Part shown: piece by piece, positions 29,920 to 38,657 of the stretch | How positions within the stretch are numbered: the first letter of the stretch is position 1 | Layout of the letters: every line of letters starts with the position of its first letter | IMG/VR virus record: IMGVR_UViG_2660238683_000009 | Coordinates: 1 to 41,078 of that record | Strand: one strand, 5' to 3' | Length of the DNA stretch: 41,078 nt | From: a virus | Lineage: Duplodnaviria; Heunggongvirae; Uroviricota; Caudoviricetes | Notes under the pieces: model-generated | Database searches by the model: none | Told to the model about the DNA's origin: nothing | The model's input: only the letters and a program-made list of their open reading frames with translations | Position numbers and translations under genes: made by a program

Positions 29920-30808
29920 CGTGTTCACCCTCACGAACTTTCAGGTAGGTATTATCGTTAAGCAGGAAATCAAATCCCTTTTTGTGCCAGACGGTTCCGC
30001 GCTGATGGTTTTGGCGCTCTTCGAACATCCATCGGCAATTTTCGCCTACGTAGCTCAAATAATTTCTCCAGTCCTGCATCGTGAACCCATGCCCGTCAAG
30101 CTGGCGGGTTATCACTCCGGCTTTGCGCCAGAACGTTCGGATCTGGTTTTTACGCTTGTCATTCAGTGCGCGGATTCTTGGCGCTTCAGGAAGGATTTCG
30201 TGGTAAGCATCGACAACATCCTGACAGCTAACGGAAGGTTTTTTCTTGTCAGACTTTTTGTCTGCTGCGGTACTCTCTAATACGTCAGTATTAGAGATAA
30301 TATTATTATATTCTTTATCTGTGGTAATTTGCTGGTAATCTGCTGGTACAGTATTGCTTGCAGGCATTGGTATTGCTGGCTTTGAGGTGGTAATTTGCTG
30401 GTAATCTGCTGGTACAAAATTTGACTGATAATCGTCATATTTCTCTACCGAGAAAACTGAGAATTTACCGTGTGAAACCCAGTCAATCATGCCGAGTTTT
30501 TTGAACTTTCTAAGCAGGTACTGAACGCGATCTGGTTTGAGTCCTGTTTCAAACGCCAGAGAGTTTCTACCGCCAAGTAGCTTCCCTCTGCCTACCAGAA
30601 TTTCTCCTGCGTCAGTCATTACATACTCAGGCGTATGCTTTGCTTTGAGGATTAAGTGAACCCACAGATGCGCAGCTTCTGCGTCCTTGTAAAACGGCAC
30701 ATCCATAATTTTACGGTGCAGCAAGGCATACCCCTTACCGCTGCTTTGATGCGGTTGTTGTAGCCTTCTGGCCTCTCTGGCTTCGGCTAGATTAGATATG
30801 TTACTCAT
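29909..30808 (-). CDS. Replication initiator, O-like (replisome organiser)
   Basis: 299 aa; contains iteron direct repeats inside the coding sequence (duplicated peptide [10 protein letters not shown]); follows cII as O does in lambda. Confidence 0.6.
   Translation of the reverse strand: MSNISNLAEAREARRLQQPHQSSGKGYALLHRKIMDVPFYKDAEAAHLWVHLILKAKHTPEYVMTDAGEILVGRGKLLGGRNSLAFETGLKPDRVQYLLRKFKKLGMIDWVSHGKFSVFSVEKYDDYQSNFVPADYQQITTSKPAIPMPASNTVPADYQQITTDKEYNNIISNTDVLESTAADKKSDKKKPSVSCQDVVDAYHEILPEAPRIRALNDKRKNQIRTFWRKAGVITRQLDGHGFTMQDWRNYLSYVGENCRWMFEERQNHQRGTVWHKKGFDFLLNDNTYLKVREGEHDDR
30321..30416. repeat. Putative replication origin iterons within O-like gene
   Basis: 30-bp direct repeat GTGGTAATTTGCTGGTAATCTGCTGGTACA at 30321..30350 and 30387..30416, with TGCTGGTA and GTATTGCT sub-repeats. 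Confidence 0.5.
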
Positions 30809-30979
30809 GACCTCTCTCCTTCTGCATCAGCTTCACTTTTTCCAACTCAGCCCGGAATCGACCAGGCTGCTTGAAGCTGGACAGGAAGCGATCACGTAGT
30901 ATGTGTTTGTGAATTTTGTCCTGGTAAGGACTGAGTGGTTTTGTCATAATGACTCCTGTTGATAGATCCAGTAATGAAC

Positions 30980-31279
30980 TCAGAATTCCATCTGGATTTG
31001 ATCAGAACGCCCGGTCTTGCACACCGGGCGTTTTTTATTGGTGAGTTCATCAAGCGCATACTTAAAAGCCCTGCTAATCGGACTGATGTCTGATGCCATT
31101 CCGAAAGCACACAAGACCGAAGCAATAAATCTCCAGTCCGTTCTGCTTATCTTCGATTCATGACAGCCAATCATCTTTGCCAGACCGCGCTGGGTAAGCG
31201 TTGACAGGTTGATAAGTAAATCTGTTTCTGCGCGATCAACGTCACGCTGTGATAGTTTGCTGTAACTTGTTTGTTCCAT
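30980..31279 (-). CDS. cII: CII-like transcriptional activator
   Basis: 99 aa; C-terminus [20 protein letters not shown] closely matches lambda CII C-terminus as recalled; HTH in middle; position after cro. Confidence 0.75.
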   Translation of the reverse strand: MEQTSYSKLSQRDVDRAETDLLINLSTLTQRGLAKMIGCHESKISRTDWRFIASVLCAFGMASDISPISRAFKYALDELTNKKRPVCKTGRSDQIQMEF

Positions 31280-31417
31280 TTCTTAAGATTTCCAATAGTG
31301 AATAGTTAGTTGAAAGGTATGCGTGGAAACGCATATGACCTTAGTTGGTCAGATATCTTGGGACTCGCTTTGTCAGCGACGTAGGACGAATGTCCATTGT
31401 GAAAAGAGCGGTGTTAC

Positions 31418-31651
31418 TTATGCTGCTGATGCTCTACGCGATACGAACACCAGGTTTTCCTTTTTCACGGGTTTATAGGCCGTGAAATTACGAGTAGCTT
31501 CTTCGATTGCATTCGCTTTATCAGGGGAAGCTCTTCGAAATCCATATGCAATCTGGTCAAGATAGCCAACTGAAGTTTTCGCTAATGCGGCGAGTCGCTT
31601 CCATTCCTCACTAGAAGCCTCTTTTCGCCAGCGTAGTAGTTCATTACTCAT
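31418..31651 (-). CDS. cro: Cro-like repressor
   Basis: 77-aa ORF divergent from cI across an operator-rich intergenic region; identity by position. Confidence 0.5.
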   Translation of the reverse strand: MSNELLRWRKEASSEEWKRLAALAKTSVGYLDQIAYGFRRASPDKANAIEEATRNFTAYKPVKKENLVFVSRRASAA

Positions 31652-31764
31652 TAGTGCCTCCGTTTATCATACAGAATAACTTTACCATTTTGATAAATCA
31701 ACCGCAATGTAAATTTATCATATTGCGTATTTATCCATTTGCTAAATAGAGGGAGAATTGTGAG
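31652..31764. promoter_or_regulatory. OR/PR/PRM-like divergent promoter-operator region
   Basis: 113-bp AT-rich spacer between divergent cro and cI with repeated TTTATCA half-sites and inverted repeat TTGATAAATCAA (31689..31700). Confidence 0.5.
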
Positions 31765-32469
31765 ATGGAAAACAAAGATATTCGCAAATCGAATCTGGCG
31801 TTTTTGCTAGATGAGCATAAAAAAATCGCGGGTAACACTAATGCAAGCTTTGCCGATAAGCTTGGGGTTAGCCCTTCTCAACTCACGCAAGTCTCCGGTG
31901 AAAAAAGCACTCGAAACATAGGGGATAAACTAGCAAGAAAATTTGAAGCCGCACTTGGGTTACCTAATGGGTGGCTTGATTTGGTACATGATGTAACACC
32001 AATTGCATCATGCTCAGATTCTTTAACTTTTGTCGGTCAGGTAAGAAAAGGGTTAGTGCGCGTGGTTGGTGAGGCAATTCTTGGTGTTGATGGTGCCATC
32101 GAAATGACCGAAGAGCGCGATGGGTGGCTCAAAATTTATAGCGATGATCCAGATGCCTTTGGCCTTCGTGTGAAAGGAGACAGCATGTGGCCTAGAATAA
32201 AATCAGGAGAATATGTACTCATTGAGCCTAACACCAAAGTATTCCCGGGTGATGAGGTGTTTGTCAGAACCGTTGAAGGACACAACATGATTAAGGTTCT
32301 TGGCTATGACAGAGATGGAGAATACCAATTTACAAGCATCAACCAAGACCACAGGCCAATAACGTTGCCTTATCATCAAGTAGCAAAGGTGGAGTATGTG
32401 GCTGGTATTCTGAAGCAATCTCGCCATCTGGATGACATCGAGGCAAGGGAGTGGCTGAAAAGTTCGTGA
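31765..32469 (+). CDS. cI: CI-type repressor (HTH + LexA-like S24 peptidase domain)
   Basis: 234 aa; N-terminal HTH (FADKLGVSPSQLTQV); C-terminal autocleavage domain with GDSM serine motif. Confidence 0.8.
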   Translation: MENKDIRKSNLAFLLDEHKKIAGNTNASFADKLGVSPSQLTQVSGEKSTRNIGDKLARKFEAALGLPNGWLDLVHDVTPIASCSDSLTFVGQVRKGLVRVVGEAILGVDGAIEMTEERDGWLKIYSDDPDAFGLRVKGDSMWPRIKSGEYVLIEPNTKVFPGDEVFVRTVEGHNMIKVLGYDRDGEYQFTSINQDHRPITLPYHQVAKVEYVAGILKQSRHLDDIEAREWLKSS

Positions 32470-32545
32470 CTTCATCGTCACATAGCTGATAGCCAGTGGC
32501 CTGAAGAGACGTTTGGGTGATAGGAATGGATGTTAAGGATTAAGA

Positions 32546-33592
32546 ATGTCAGCGATTGATCAACCTGCGCAATATGTTATCAAGTCAGAAGACGACTTTG
32601 TATCTTTTGTAACGGAAATGCTCGGAAGGAAGGATATCGACTCAAGCGACTTCACATTCCCTAACGTAGTTTTCAGTGGATGGCCAAAGATCAATATTAA
32701 TGTAAAAGGCGATCCAAATAGATATAATTCTTCATTGACTGCGTCAATGCTTTTTGGTATGGCAGAGCTTACGCATGAAATACAAAAAGCATTTACGGTA
32801 GTCAGTCACAGCACTCATAATCGGCAGAAGCTAAAAGATGCAGAGAAAGGTTTGCTGGATATTGTCTACCGAATAAGCGAAGGCTCAAGCCAAGCGGATG
32901 GTGACTCAGATCCGATTGTAAACGGAGTGGTGACAGTGTTTACTCAAGCGATAGGCAAAATGACAGGAAGGCAAGCACTATGCGCCGTCGCCGCTATCGT
33001 CTTAGCTGCCAGCACGGTAGGCTATAAGTGGATCAGTGAGTACTACGAAACACAGCGACATGACCAAGATTCTCAGGTGCAATTGGTGGAAAAAAGCACC
33101 AAAGCGGTAAACGAAGCACAAGACAATGTGCTCAAGTTGTTGATTAGCGGTCAAACAAACATTAGCAGAGAGGTTCTGGCTCACGGCGAGGATGGTAAAA
33201 GCAAGTTGCTTAAAAAGCTTGCTCAAGACTCGTCAGTTGAGAGGGTAACAATTGGTCAGAGAGTGGTAAATAGAGAACAGTTGAATACCTTAAACCAAAG
33301 ACAATCAATTGATCGAAAAAAGGAAACTAGAAGAGATAACTTTTATGTCACGGGCGTTCGTCGCTCGGGAGAAACAAATCAGGACATAAATATTGACGTC
33401 ATAAGGGTTTCAAATGGTGAATCTTTCACCATAAAAACCTCAGCCGACATAACATCTACTGATGAGCTTCTTGAGTTTTTGAATGCTGTAGCCAAAGAAT
33501 CAACTGTTGAAATTTCATACCTAGAGGTTGTAGAAAATGGGCACATTTCAACAGGGCAATTGATAAATATATTCCCCAGCGAACCAGAGTGA
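32546..33592 (+). CDS. Hypothetical protein with one predicted TM helix, immediately downstream of cI (rexAB-equivalent slot)
   Basis: 348-aa ORF with AAGGA RBS; single central hydrophobic helix (ALCAVAAIVLAASTVGY); AT-rich; followed by strong terminator. No family recognised. Confidence 0.6.
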   Translation: MSAIDQPAQYVIKSEDDFVSFVTEMLGRKDIDSSDFTFPNVVFSGWPKININVKGDPNRYNSSLTASMLFGMAELTHEIQKAFTVVSHSTHNRQKLKDAEKGLLDIVYRISEGSSQADGDSDPIVNGVVTVFTQAIGKMTGRQALCAVAAIVLAASTVGYKWISEYYETQRHDQDSQVQLVEKSTKAVNEAQDNVLKLLISGQTNISREVLAHGEDGKSKLLKKLAQDSSVERVTIGQRVVNREQLNTLNQRQSIDRKKETRRDNFYVTGVRRSGETNQDINIDVIRVSNGESFTIKTSADITSTDELLEFLNAVAKESTVEISYLEVVENGHISTGQLINIFPSEPE

Positions 33593-33603
33593 TGCACTCC
33601 AAA

Positions 33604-33629
33604 CCCGGCCACCGAGCCGGGTTTTTTTT
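33604..33629 (+). terminator. Intrinsic terminator ending the cI operon
   Basis: CCCGGC-CACCGA-GCCGGG hairpin followed by TTTTTTTT, 12 nt after the stop of the 348-aa gene. Confidence 0.65.
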
Positions 33630-33791
33630 GCCTCTCGATCCCCCACCTAAAAAACATAACTCATTGTATTTATTGAAAAACTGATTGATACAACTTGCTA
33701 AACCACGCAATCCAGATCTCCCTCAAATCTCTTTATTTATCCTGTCGAATTCCTACAACAAAATAAAACACCATAAGAATCAATACGATAT

Positions 33792-33848
33792 TTGAAAATC
33801 AAAAGAATTTATCATTTTGCTATTGCCATTAATTTATCATTCCGATAA
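33792..33848. promoter_or_regulatory. OL/PL-like operator region upstream of N
   Basis: Same motifs as the cro-cI region: TTGAAAATCAA (33792..33802), AATTTATCATT (33806..33816) and TTATC-N5-GATAA (33834..33848). Confidence 0.4.
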
Positions 33849-34195
33849 AGTTTTCCCATCAGCAGGACGCACTACTCACCAGGGCGGTGAATATACAACG
33901 ATTCGAATATGAATCTACGGCGCTGACAAAGCGCAATAACCAAAGTGAACTTTGGGGTGTGGTGAAGCCAGCTAGTCACTGGCAAGTGCTTACCTACTGT
34001 TGAGCGGTGAAGCGCTCCCAACGCTAGCAATAGCGTGGACGAGATGGGGAGCCGCGGGCGATAAGGCCGCCATAACGCGCACGTTGTCGCATGGAAAAAT
34101 CACTGGGGTGCCGGTTATACCCCTCCGAATGAGACTCAACAAGCTGGAGCTAGACTACCAGCCACCACACCACCAAAGTTCATCAGGAGGTCTAT

Positions 34196-34579
34196 ATGAC
34201 ACGCAGAACTCAGTTCAAAGGCAATTCACGTTCTCGTCGTCGTGAGCGTTTAAAGGCAAAGGCATTAGCTAACGGCGTACTGGCCCGCGAAGAAGCAATA
34301 AGTTCAGAAGTATTACACCGCCCTACTCTAAGCAGAGCGCAGATTCAGGCTAAAGGTACTCACGAAACGCCTGAGCGCATAGAAGACGCTAAGCCAATTA
34401 AGTTCATGGCACAGGACGTGATCTGGCAACAGAAAGAATACAGACGCAATCTGGAGAGAGCGGCCATTGTGTACGCGAATGAGTTTGGACATAAGCAACC
34501 AGAAACTGGTGTATGTCTTCCAAATGTAGCTCTTTACGCGGCAGGCTATCGGAAATCAAAACAACTGACAGCAAGGTGA
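34196..34579 (+). CDS. N: N-like transcription antitermination protein
   Basis: 127 aa; N-terminal arginine-rich motif (NSRSRRRERLKAKALANG) like the lambda N boxB-binding ARM; first gene of the early-left operon. Confidence 0.5.
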   Translation: MTRRTQFKGNSRSRRRERLKAKALANGVLAREEAISSEVLHRPTLSRAQIQAKGTHETPERIEDAKPIKFMAQDVIWQQKEYRRNLERAAIVYANEFGHKQPETGVCLPNVALYAAGYRKSKQLTAR

Positions 34580-34640
34580 CTTGTGTTGGTCGCCAGAAAA
34601 TAAAATTAGGCAGCAAACCACTTATTTGAGAGGAATTAAT

Positions 34641-35264
34641 ATGTCATCAATCCGCTTAACTACGAGAATGAAAGAGAAAATCGCTCGTAACGCTTTAATT
34701 AAGTCTGGGGTTTTCACTGAACTTGAAGAAGTAACAAAGTTAAAGAACCAGCTTGCACTTGACGCCAGAGTTATTGCGTTTGGCGGTAAAAAGAAAACTG
34801 AGGAAGTGGATCAGTTATCATCCAGGTTAGTAGCTATAAGTGAAGAACTTGAAAAGATGGGATGTTCATTTTACTCATACGATGTTCGTTCTACTTCAAT
34901 TTATCTGACTGTATCTGGCAGAAGGGTTGGATGGCATTCATATGGGAAAGACGGCAACGGCGAAGATATATTGCTCCCTACTCCAACCAAAGATAAATGC
35001 ATGTTTGATGCAGAACACGAAATAACAAAAAGGTTTGATGAAATCTGCGCATTGCAACAAAAACTTGAAGCCAAGAAAAAGGATATCGAATCAAATGTAT
35101 TGGCTGCTTTGAACTCAGTCACAACAGTTAAGCGACTTATTGAAGTTTGGCCTGAAAGCAAAGAATTGCTACCAAAAGAAGCAGACAAAGCAAGTACAGC
35201 ACTTCCTGCTTTACGGGTAGAAGATTTGAATAAGATGATTGGACTTCCTTCCGAGTCCGCATAG
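34641..35264 (+). CDS. Hypothetical protein (ral/sieB-equivalent slot)
   Basis: 207 aa from Met with GAGAGGA RBS (ORF track starts 34581); no family recognised. Confidence 0.5.
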   Translation: MSSIRLTTRMKEKIARNALIKSGVFTELEEVTKLKNQLALDARVIAFGGKKKTEEVDQLSSRLVAISEELEKMGCSFYSYDVRSTSIYLTVSGRRVGWHSYGKDGNGEDILLPTPTKDKCMFDAEHEITKRFDEICALQQKLEAKKKDIESNVLAALNSVTTVKRLIEVWPESKELLPKEADKASTALPALRVEDLNKMIGLPSESA

Positions 35265-35398
35265 TCGGCCTTTATTTTTGGCACTAACAACAGAATAAAC
35301 ACTGCACTGTGTATTCATTCCAACGAGTGAATACACGGAGCAATGTCGCTCGTAACTAAACAGGAGCCGACTTGTTCTGATTATTGGAAATCTTCTTT

Positions 35399-35424
35399 GC
35401 CCTCCAATGTGAGGGCAATTTTTT
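35399..35424 (+). terminator. Intrinsic terminator (tL-like) within early-left operon
   Basis: GCCCTC-CAATGT-GAGGGC hairpin followed by AATTTTTT. Confidence 0.5.
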
Positions 35425-35436
35425 GACGGAGGATAT

Positions 35437-36405
35437 ATGAGTGAAGTAACAGATTTAGTTGTTATTGAAAAAGCAAATGCAATGACTGTATTTCAGTCTG
35501 CCGACCAGATTGAAGAAATCCTTCAAAAGGTTGAACGTGAAGTTATGTCCTTTGTGCCTGATATCACAACGGCAAAGGGCAGAAAGGAGATCGCTTCTCT
35601 GGCGTATAAAGTTGCGCAGACGAAAACATATCTCGATGGTCTTGGCAAAGACCTTGTTGCTGAACTGAAGGAAATTCCAAAGCTAATTGATGCTAACCGC
35701 AAGACAGTGCGTGATCGCCTTGATGAGCTGAAATCCAAGGCACGCCAGCCTCTTACTGATTATGAGGAGGAACAGGCGCGGATTAAAGCCGAAGAAGAAG
35801 CTAAGGCAGCAGCTGAAGCTCTCGCAAAGCAAATTGAGTCTGACCATGAAATAGCGATTTTGATGGATCGCGAATTTGACCGCCAAAGAGAAGAGGCAAG
35901 ACTCAAAGCGGAGCAGGAAAAGCGAGAGCATGAAGAACGCTTAAAAAGAGAAGCTGAAGAGAAAGCCAGAGCAGAAGCCGAAGCAAAGGCAAAAGCCGAA
36001 ATTGAAGCAGCAGCAAGGCGAGAAGCAGAAGCTAAGGCCGCAGCGGAACGTGCAGAGCGTGAACGCATTGAAGCCGAGCAACGAGCACAGCGCGAAGCAA
36101 AAGAGGCAGCAGAACGAGCTGAAAGAGAAAAGCAGGCGGCAATTGAAGCAGAACGCCGAAAAGCACAGGAGGAGGCTGAACGAATCCGGCGCGAGGCTGA
36201 AGCAAAAGAGCAAGCCAGAATCGCAGAAGAAAAAAGAATCAAGGACGAAGAAGAGCACAGAGCAAAGGATAAAGCTCACCGGAAAGAAGTAAATAACAAA
36301 ATACTTGCTGACCTTATCAAGGTTGGCGCATCAGAAGATGTTGCTAAAAATATCATAACAGCCATCGTAAAAGGCGAAGTATTCGCAACAAAAATAACCT
36401 ACTAA
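35437..36405 (+). CDS. Hypothetical protein with long charged Ala/Glu/Lys/Arg-rich helical repeat (TolA-like low complexity)
   Basis: 322 aa; GGAGG RBS; central ~170 aa of EAKAKAE/AEREA-type repeats flanked by N- and C-terminal globular segments. Confidence 0.5.
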   Translation: MSEVTDLVVIEKANAMTVFQSADQIEEILQKVEREVMSFVPDITTAKGRKEIASLAYKVAQTKTYLDGLGKDLVAELKEIPKLIDANRKTVRDRLDELKSKARQPLTDYEEEQARIKAEEEAKAAAEALAKQIESDHEIAILMDREFDRQREEARLKAEQEKREHEERLKREAEEKARAEAEAKAKAEIEAAARREAEAKAAAERAERERIEAEQRAQREAKEAAERAEREKQAAIEAERRKAQEEAERIRREAEAKEQARIAEEKRIKDEEEHRAKDKAHRKEVNNKILADLIKVGASEDVAKNIITAIVKGEVFATKITY

Positions 36406-36429
36406 TAAAACCAACATAAGGAACCACCC

Positions 36430-36561
36430 ATGATTTACGCAATCGCGGGAGGCGCTCGCATGGGTGCCTTCCAATTAAATGAATCTTTACTTGAACGAAT
36501 CACCCGTAAATTACGTGACGGATGGAAAAGAGTTGAGGTCTTATTATGCGCAATGAAATAG
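36430..36561 (+). CDS. cIII: CIII-like protease (FtsH) inhibitor
   Basis: 43 aa; core ESLLERITRKLRDGWKR matches lambda CIII as recalled. Confidence 0.7.
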   Translation: MIYAIAGGARMGAFQLNESLLERITRKLRDGWKRVEVLLCAMK

Positions 36562-36698
36562 CCATCAATCACCAGATGCTTCGTGCTGCACAGAACAAAG
36601 CAGTAATAGCCAGATTTATTGGTGATTCAAAAATGTGGCTTGAAGCAAATAAAGCGATGAAATCAGCTATCAACCTTCCGTGGTATCGCAGGAAATGA
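36546..36698 (+). CDS. kil: Kil-like host cell-division inhibitor
   Basis: 50 aa; IARFIGDSKMW resembles lambda Kil IATFIGDEKMF; overlaps cIII stop as in lambda. Confidence 0.55.
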   Translation: MRNEIAINHQMLRAAQNKAVIARFIGDSKMWLEANKAMKSAINLPWYRRK

Positions 36699-36773
36699 GT
36701 TTTACATATAACTGGTCAGACGAAGAATTCATTCGTCAGATGAAAGAATTAATCGGTAACGAAGGAGATATTC

Positions 36774-36944
36774 ATGTCACTTGCAACCACAGTGAAGGAG
36801 AGCAAGTTACAGAGACGCATGTACACGCAGAAAGCTCTCTGGTATCGCCATAATGGTGACCGCGAAGGAATGCGGGTATGCCTTAATTTGTCCAGAGTCG
36901 AAGTATTAAACCAGCGTTATTTCCTTGGGCCATGTCCATTCTGA
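36774..36944 (+). CDS. Small hypothetical protein
   Basis: 56-aa ORF with AGGAG RBS; an alternative overlapping 52-aa ORF (36695..36853) is also possible. Confidence 0.3.
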   Translation: MSLATTVKESKLQRRMYTQKALWYRHNGDREGMRVCLNLSRVEVLNQRYFLGPCPF

Positions 36945-36952
36945 GGTGAATT

Positions 36953-37660
36953 ATGGATTTGAATAAATTCGATGAGCCATTCAGCCCTGAAGATATCGAA
37001 TGGCGAATACAGCAAAGCGGTAAAACACGCGATGGCAAAGTGTGGGCTATGGTGCTGGCTTATGTCACGAACCGGGCAATCATGAAACGCCTGGACGATG
37101 TTTGCGGCAAAGCAGGATGGCGCAATGAATACCGCGATATTCCCAACAACGGAGGCGTTGAATGCGGCATATCAATCAGGATTGATTCCGAATGGGTAAC
37201 CAAATGGGATGCTGCTGAAAACACGCAGGTAGAAGCCGTCAAAGGTGGTCGTTCCGGTGCAATGAAGCGCGCTGCCGTTCAGTGGGGAATCGGTCGGTAT
37301 CTGTATAACCTTGAGGAAGGTTTTGCACAAACATCTCTCGATAAAAAGCAGGGATGGCACAGGGCAAAACTCAAGGATGGAACAGGATTTTACTGGCTCC
37401 CTCCATCGCTGCCGGGATGGGCAATCCCAGCATCAGATAACAAACCATCACCAGAAAATACCAACCAGAAATCTCCATCGGTTGACTGCGAACAAATCCT
37501 GAAAGACTTCAGCGATTATGCGTCAACAGAAACTGACAAGAAAAAACTCATCGAGCGTTATCAGCGTGACTGGCAATTAATGGCTGGAAACGAGGAGGCG
37601 CAGGCTAAATGCGTTCAGGTAATGAACATCAGAGTTAACGAGCTAAAACAGGCGGCATAA
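36953..37660 (+). CDS. Single-strand annealing protein (Rad52-like family)
   Basis: 235 aa immediately upstream of ssb in the recombination slot; N-terminal region resembles Rad52/22-type annealases as recalled. Confidence 0.5.
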   Translation: MDLNKFDEPFSPEDIEWRIQQSGKTRDGKVWAMVLAYVTNRAIMKRLDDVCGKAGWRNEYRDIPNNGGVECGISIRIDSEWVTKWDAAENTQVEAVKGGRSGAMKRAAVQWGIGRYLYNLEEGFAQTSLDKKQGWHRAKLKDGTGFYWLPPSLPGWAIPASDNKPSPENTNQKSPSVDCEQILKDFSDYASTETDKKKLIERYQRDWQLMAGNEEAQAKCVQVMNIRVNELKQAA

Positions 37661-38176
37661 ATGGCAAGCAGAGGCGTAAATAAGGTGATCATTATTGGTC
37701 GCCTTGGGCATGATCCAGAAATCAGATATTCACCATCAGGAACGGCATTTGCAAACCTTACAGTTGCTACGTCAGAACAATGGCGTGATAAGCAAACTGG
37801 AGAGCAAAAGGAGCAGACGGAGTGGCACCGCGTGGTAATGAGCGGGAAACTGGCAGAAATTGCCAGCGAATATCTGCGAAAAGGCTCTGAGGTTTATCTT
37901 GAAGGCAAATTGCGGACAAGAAAATGGCAGGATCAAAGCGGACAGGATCGGTTCACTACTGAAGTCATCGTGGGCGTTGGTGGAACTATGCAAATGCTTG
38001 GTGGCAAGCAAGGAGGCAATGAACAGTCTTCACCTCAGCGAAATAACGGTCAGCAACAAAGACAGCAACCTCAGCAGCAGGGGAATCATAGCGAACCACC
38101 TATGGATTTTGACGACGATATACCCTTTGCACCAGTAACTCTCCCCTTCCCTCGTCACGCTATTCACGCAATTTAA
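37661..38176 (+). CDS. ssb: Single-stranded DNA-binding protein with 15-aa extension beyond DDDIPF
   Basis: OB-fold signature ([18 protein letters not shown]), Gly/Gln-rich linker and DFDDDIPF motif, followed by [15 protein letters not shown] before the stop. Confidence 0.85.
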   Translation: MASRGVNKVIIIGRLGHDPEIRYSPSGTAFANLTVATSEQWRDKQTGEQKEQTEWHRVVMSGKLAEIASEYLRKGSEVYLEGKLRTRKWQDQSGQDRFTTEVIVGVGGTMQMLGGKQGGNEQSSPQRNNGQQQRQQPQQQGNHSEPPMDFDDDIPFAPVTLPFPRHAIHAI

Positions 38177-38189
38177 TCAGGAGAAAATC

Positions 38190-38486
38190 ATGCCAGCGCC
38201 TCTGTATGGTGCGGATGACGTGCGCCGCTGTTCCGGCAATTCCGTATCGGAGGTGCTGGATAAATTCAGAAAAAACTACGACCGGATAATGTCGCTACCG
38301 CAGGAAACGAAAGAGGAAAAGGAATTTCGCCACTGCATATGGCTTGCAGAGAAAGAAGAGCGCGAGCGAATTTACCAGACATCAATCCGACCATTCCGCA
38401 AAGCCACATATACCCACTTCCCTGAATATATCGACCCGCGCCTGCGTAATTACCGCTCACGCTATGGCGCTATCAGTAATGACTGA
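38190..38486 (+). CDS. Hypothetical protein
   Basis: 98-aa ORF with GGAG RBS directly after ssb. Confidence 0.4.
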   Translation: MPAPLYGADDVRRCSGNSVSEVLDKFRKNYDRIMSLPQETKEEKEFRHCIWLAEKEERERIYQTSIRPFRKATYTHFPEYIDPRLRNYRSRYGAISND

Positions 38487-38657
38487 GGAATTTACCATGA
38501 GAGGACTTGCATACAATCCCGGCATTCTTCCGGCAGAAATGATTATTCGCCAACGCGTAAAGCCAATGCCATCGAGAGAGGAATTGCTTAAAAGAAATAG
38601 TTTCGGTTCTGTTAATGACAACAAATATCTGAATGCGATGTTGCGGAGTGGGAAGAA

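Noticed and set aside
30321-30416. Direct repeats considered as a possible CRISPR array
   Set aside because: Only two copies, inside a coding sequence, with no spacer-repeat periodicity or cas genes; best explained as origin iterons.
31280-31417. Specific nutR/nutL boxA-boxB assignments (for example CGCTCTTTT plus hairpin ATGCGT-TTCC-ACGCAT near 31317..31334, and ACGCTA-GCAA-TAGCGT near 34000)
   Set aside because: The candidate hairpins in the two regions do not match each other in sequence, so I could not define a consistent nut site by eye.
35760-36279. Minus-strand ORFs (160 aa Ala/Ser/Arg-rich and 112 aa Cys/Phe/Leu-rich) antisense to the 322-aa repeat protein gene
   Set aside because: They are reading-frame artefacts of the GC-rich, repetitive coding sequence on the plus strand: low-complexity composition, no RBS, and fully contained in a well-supported gene.
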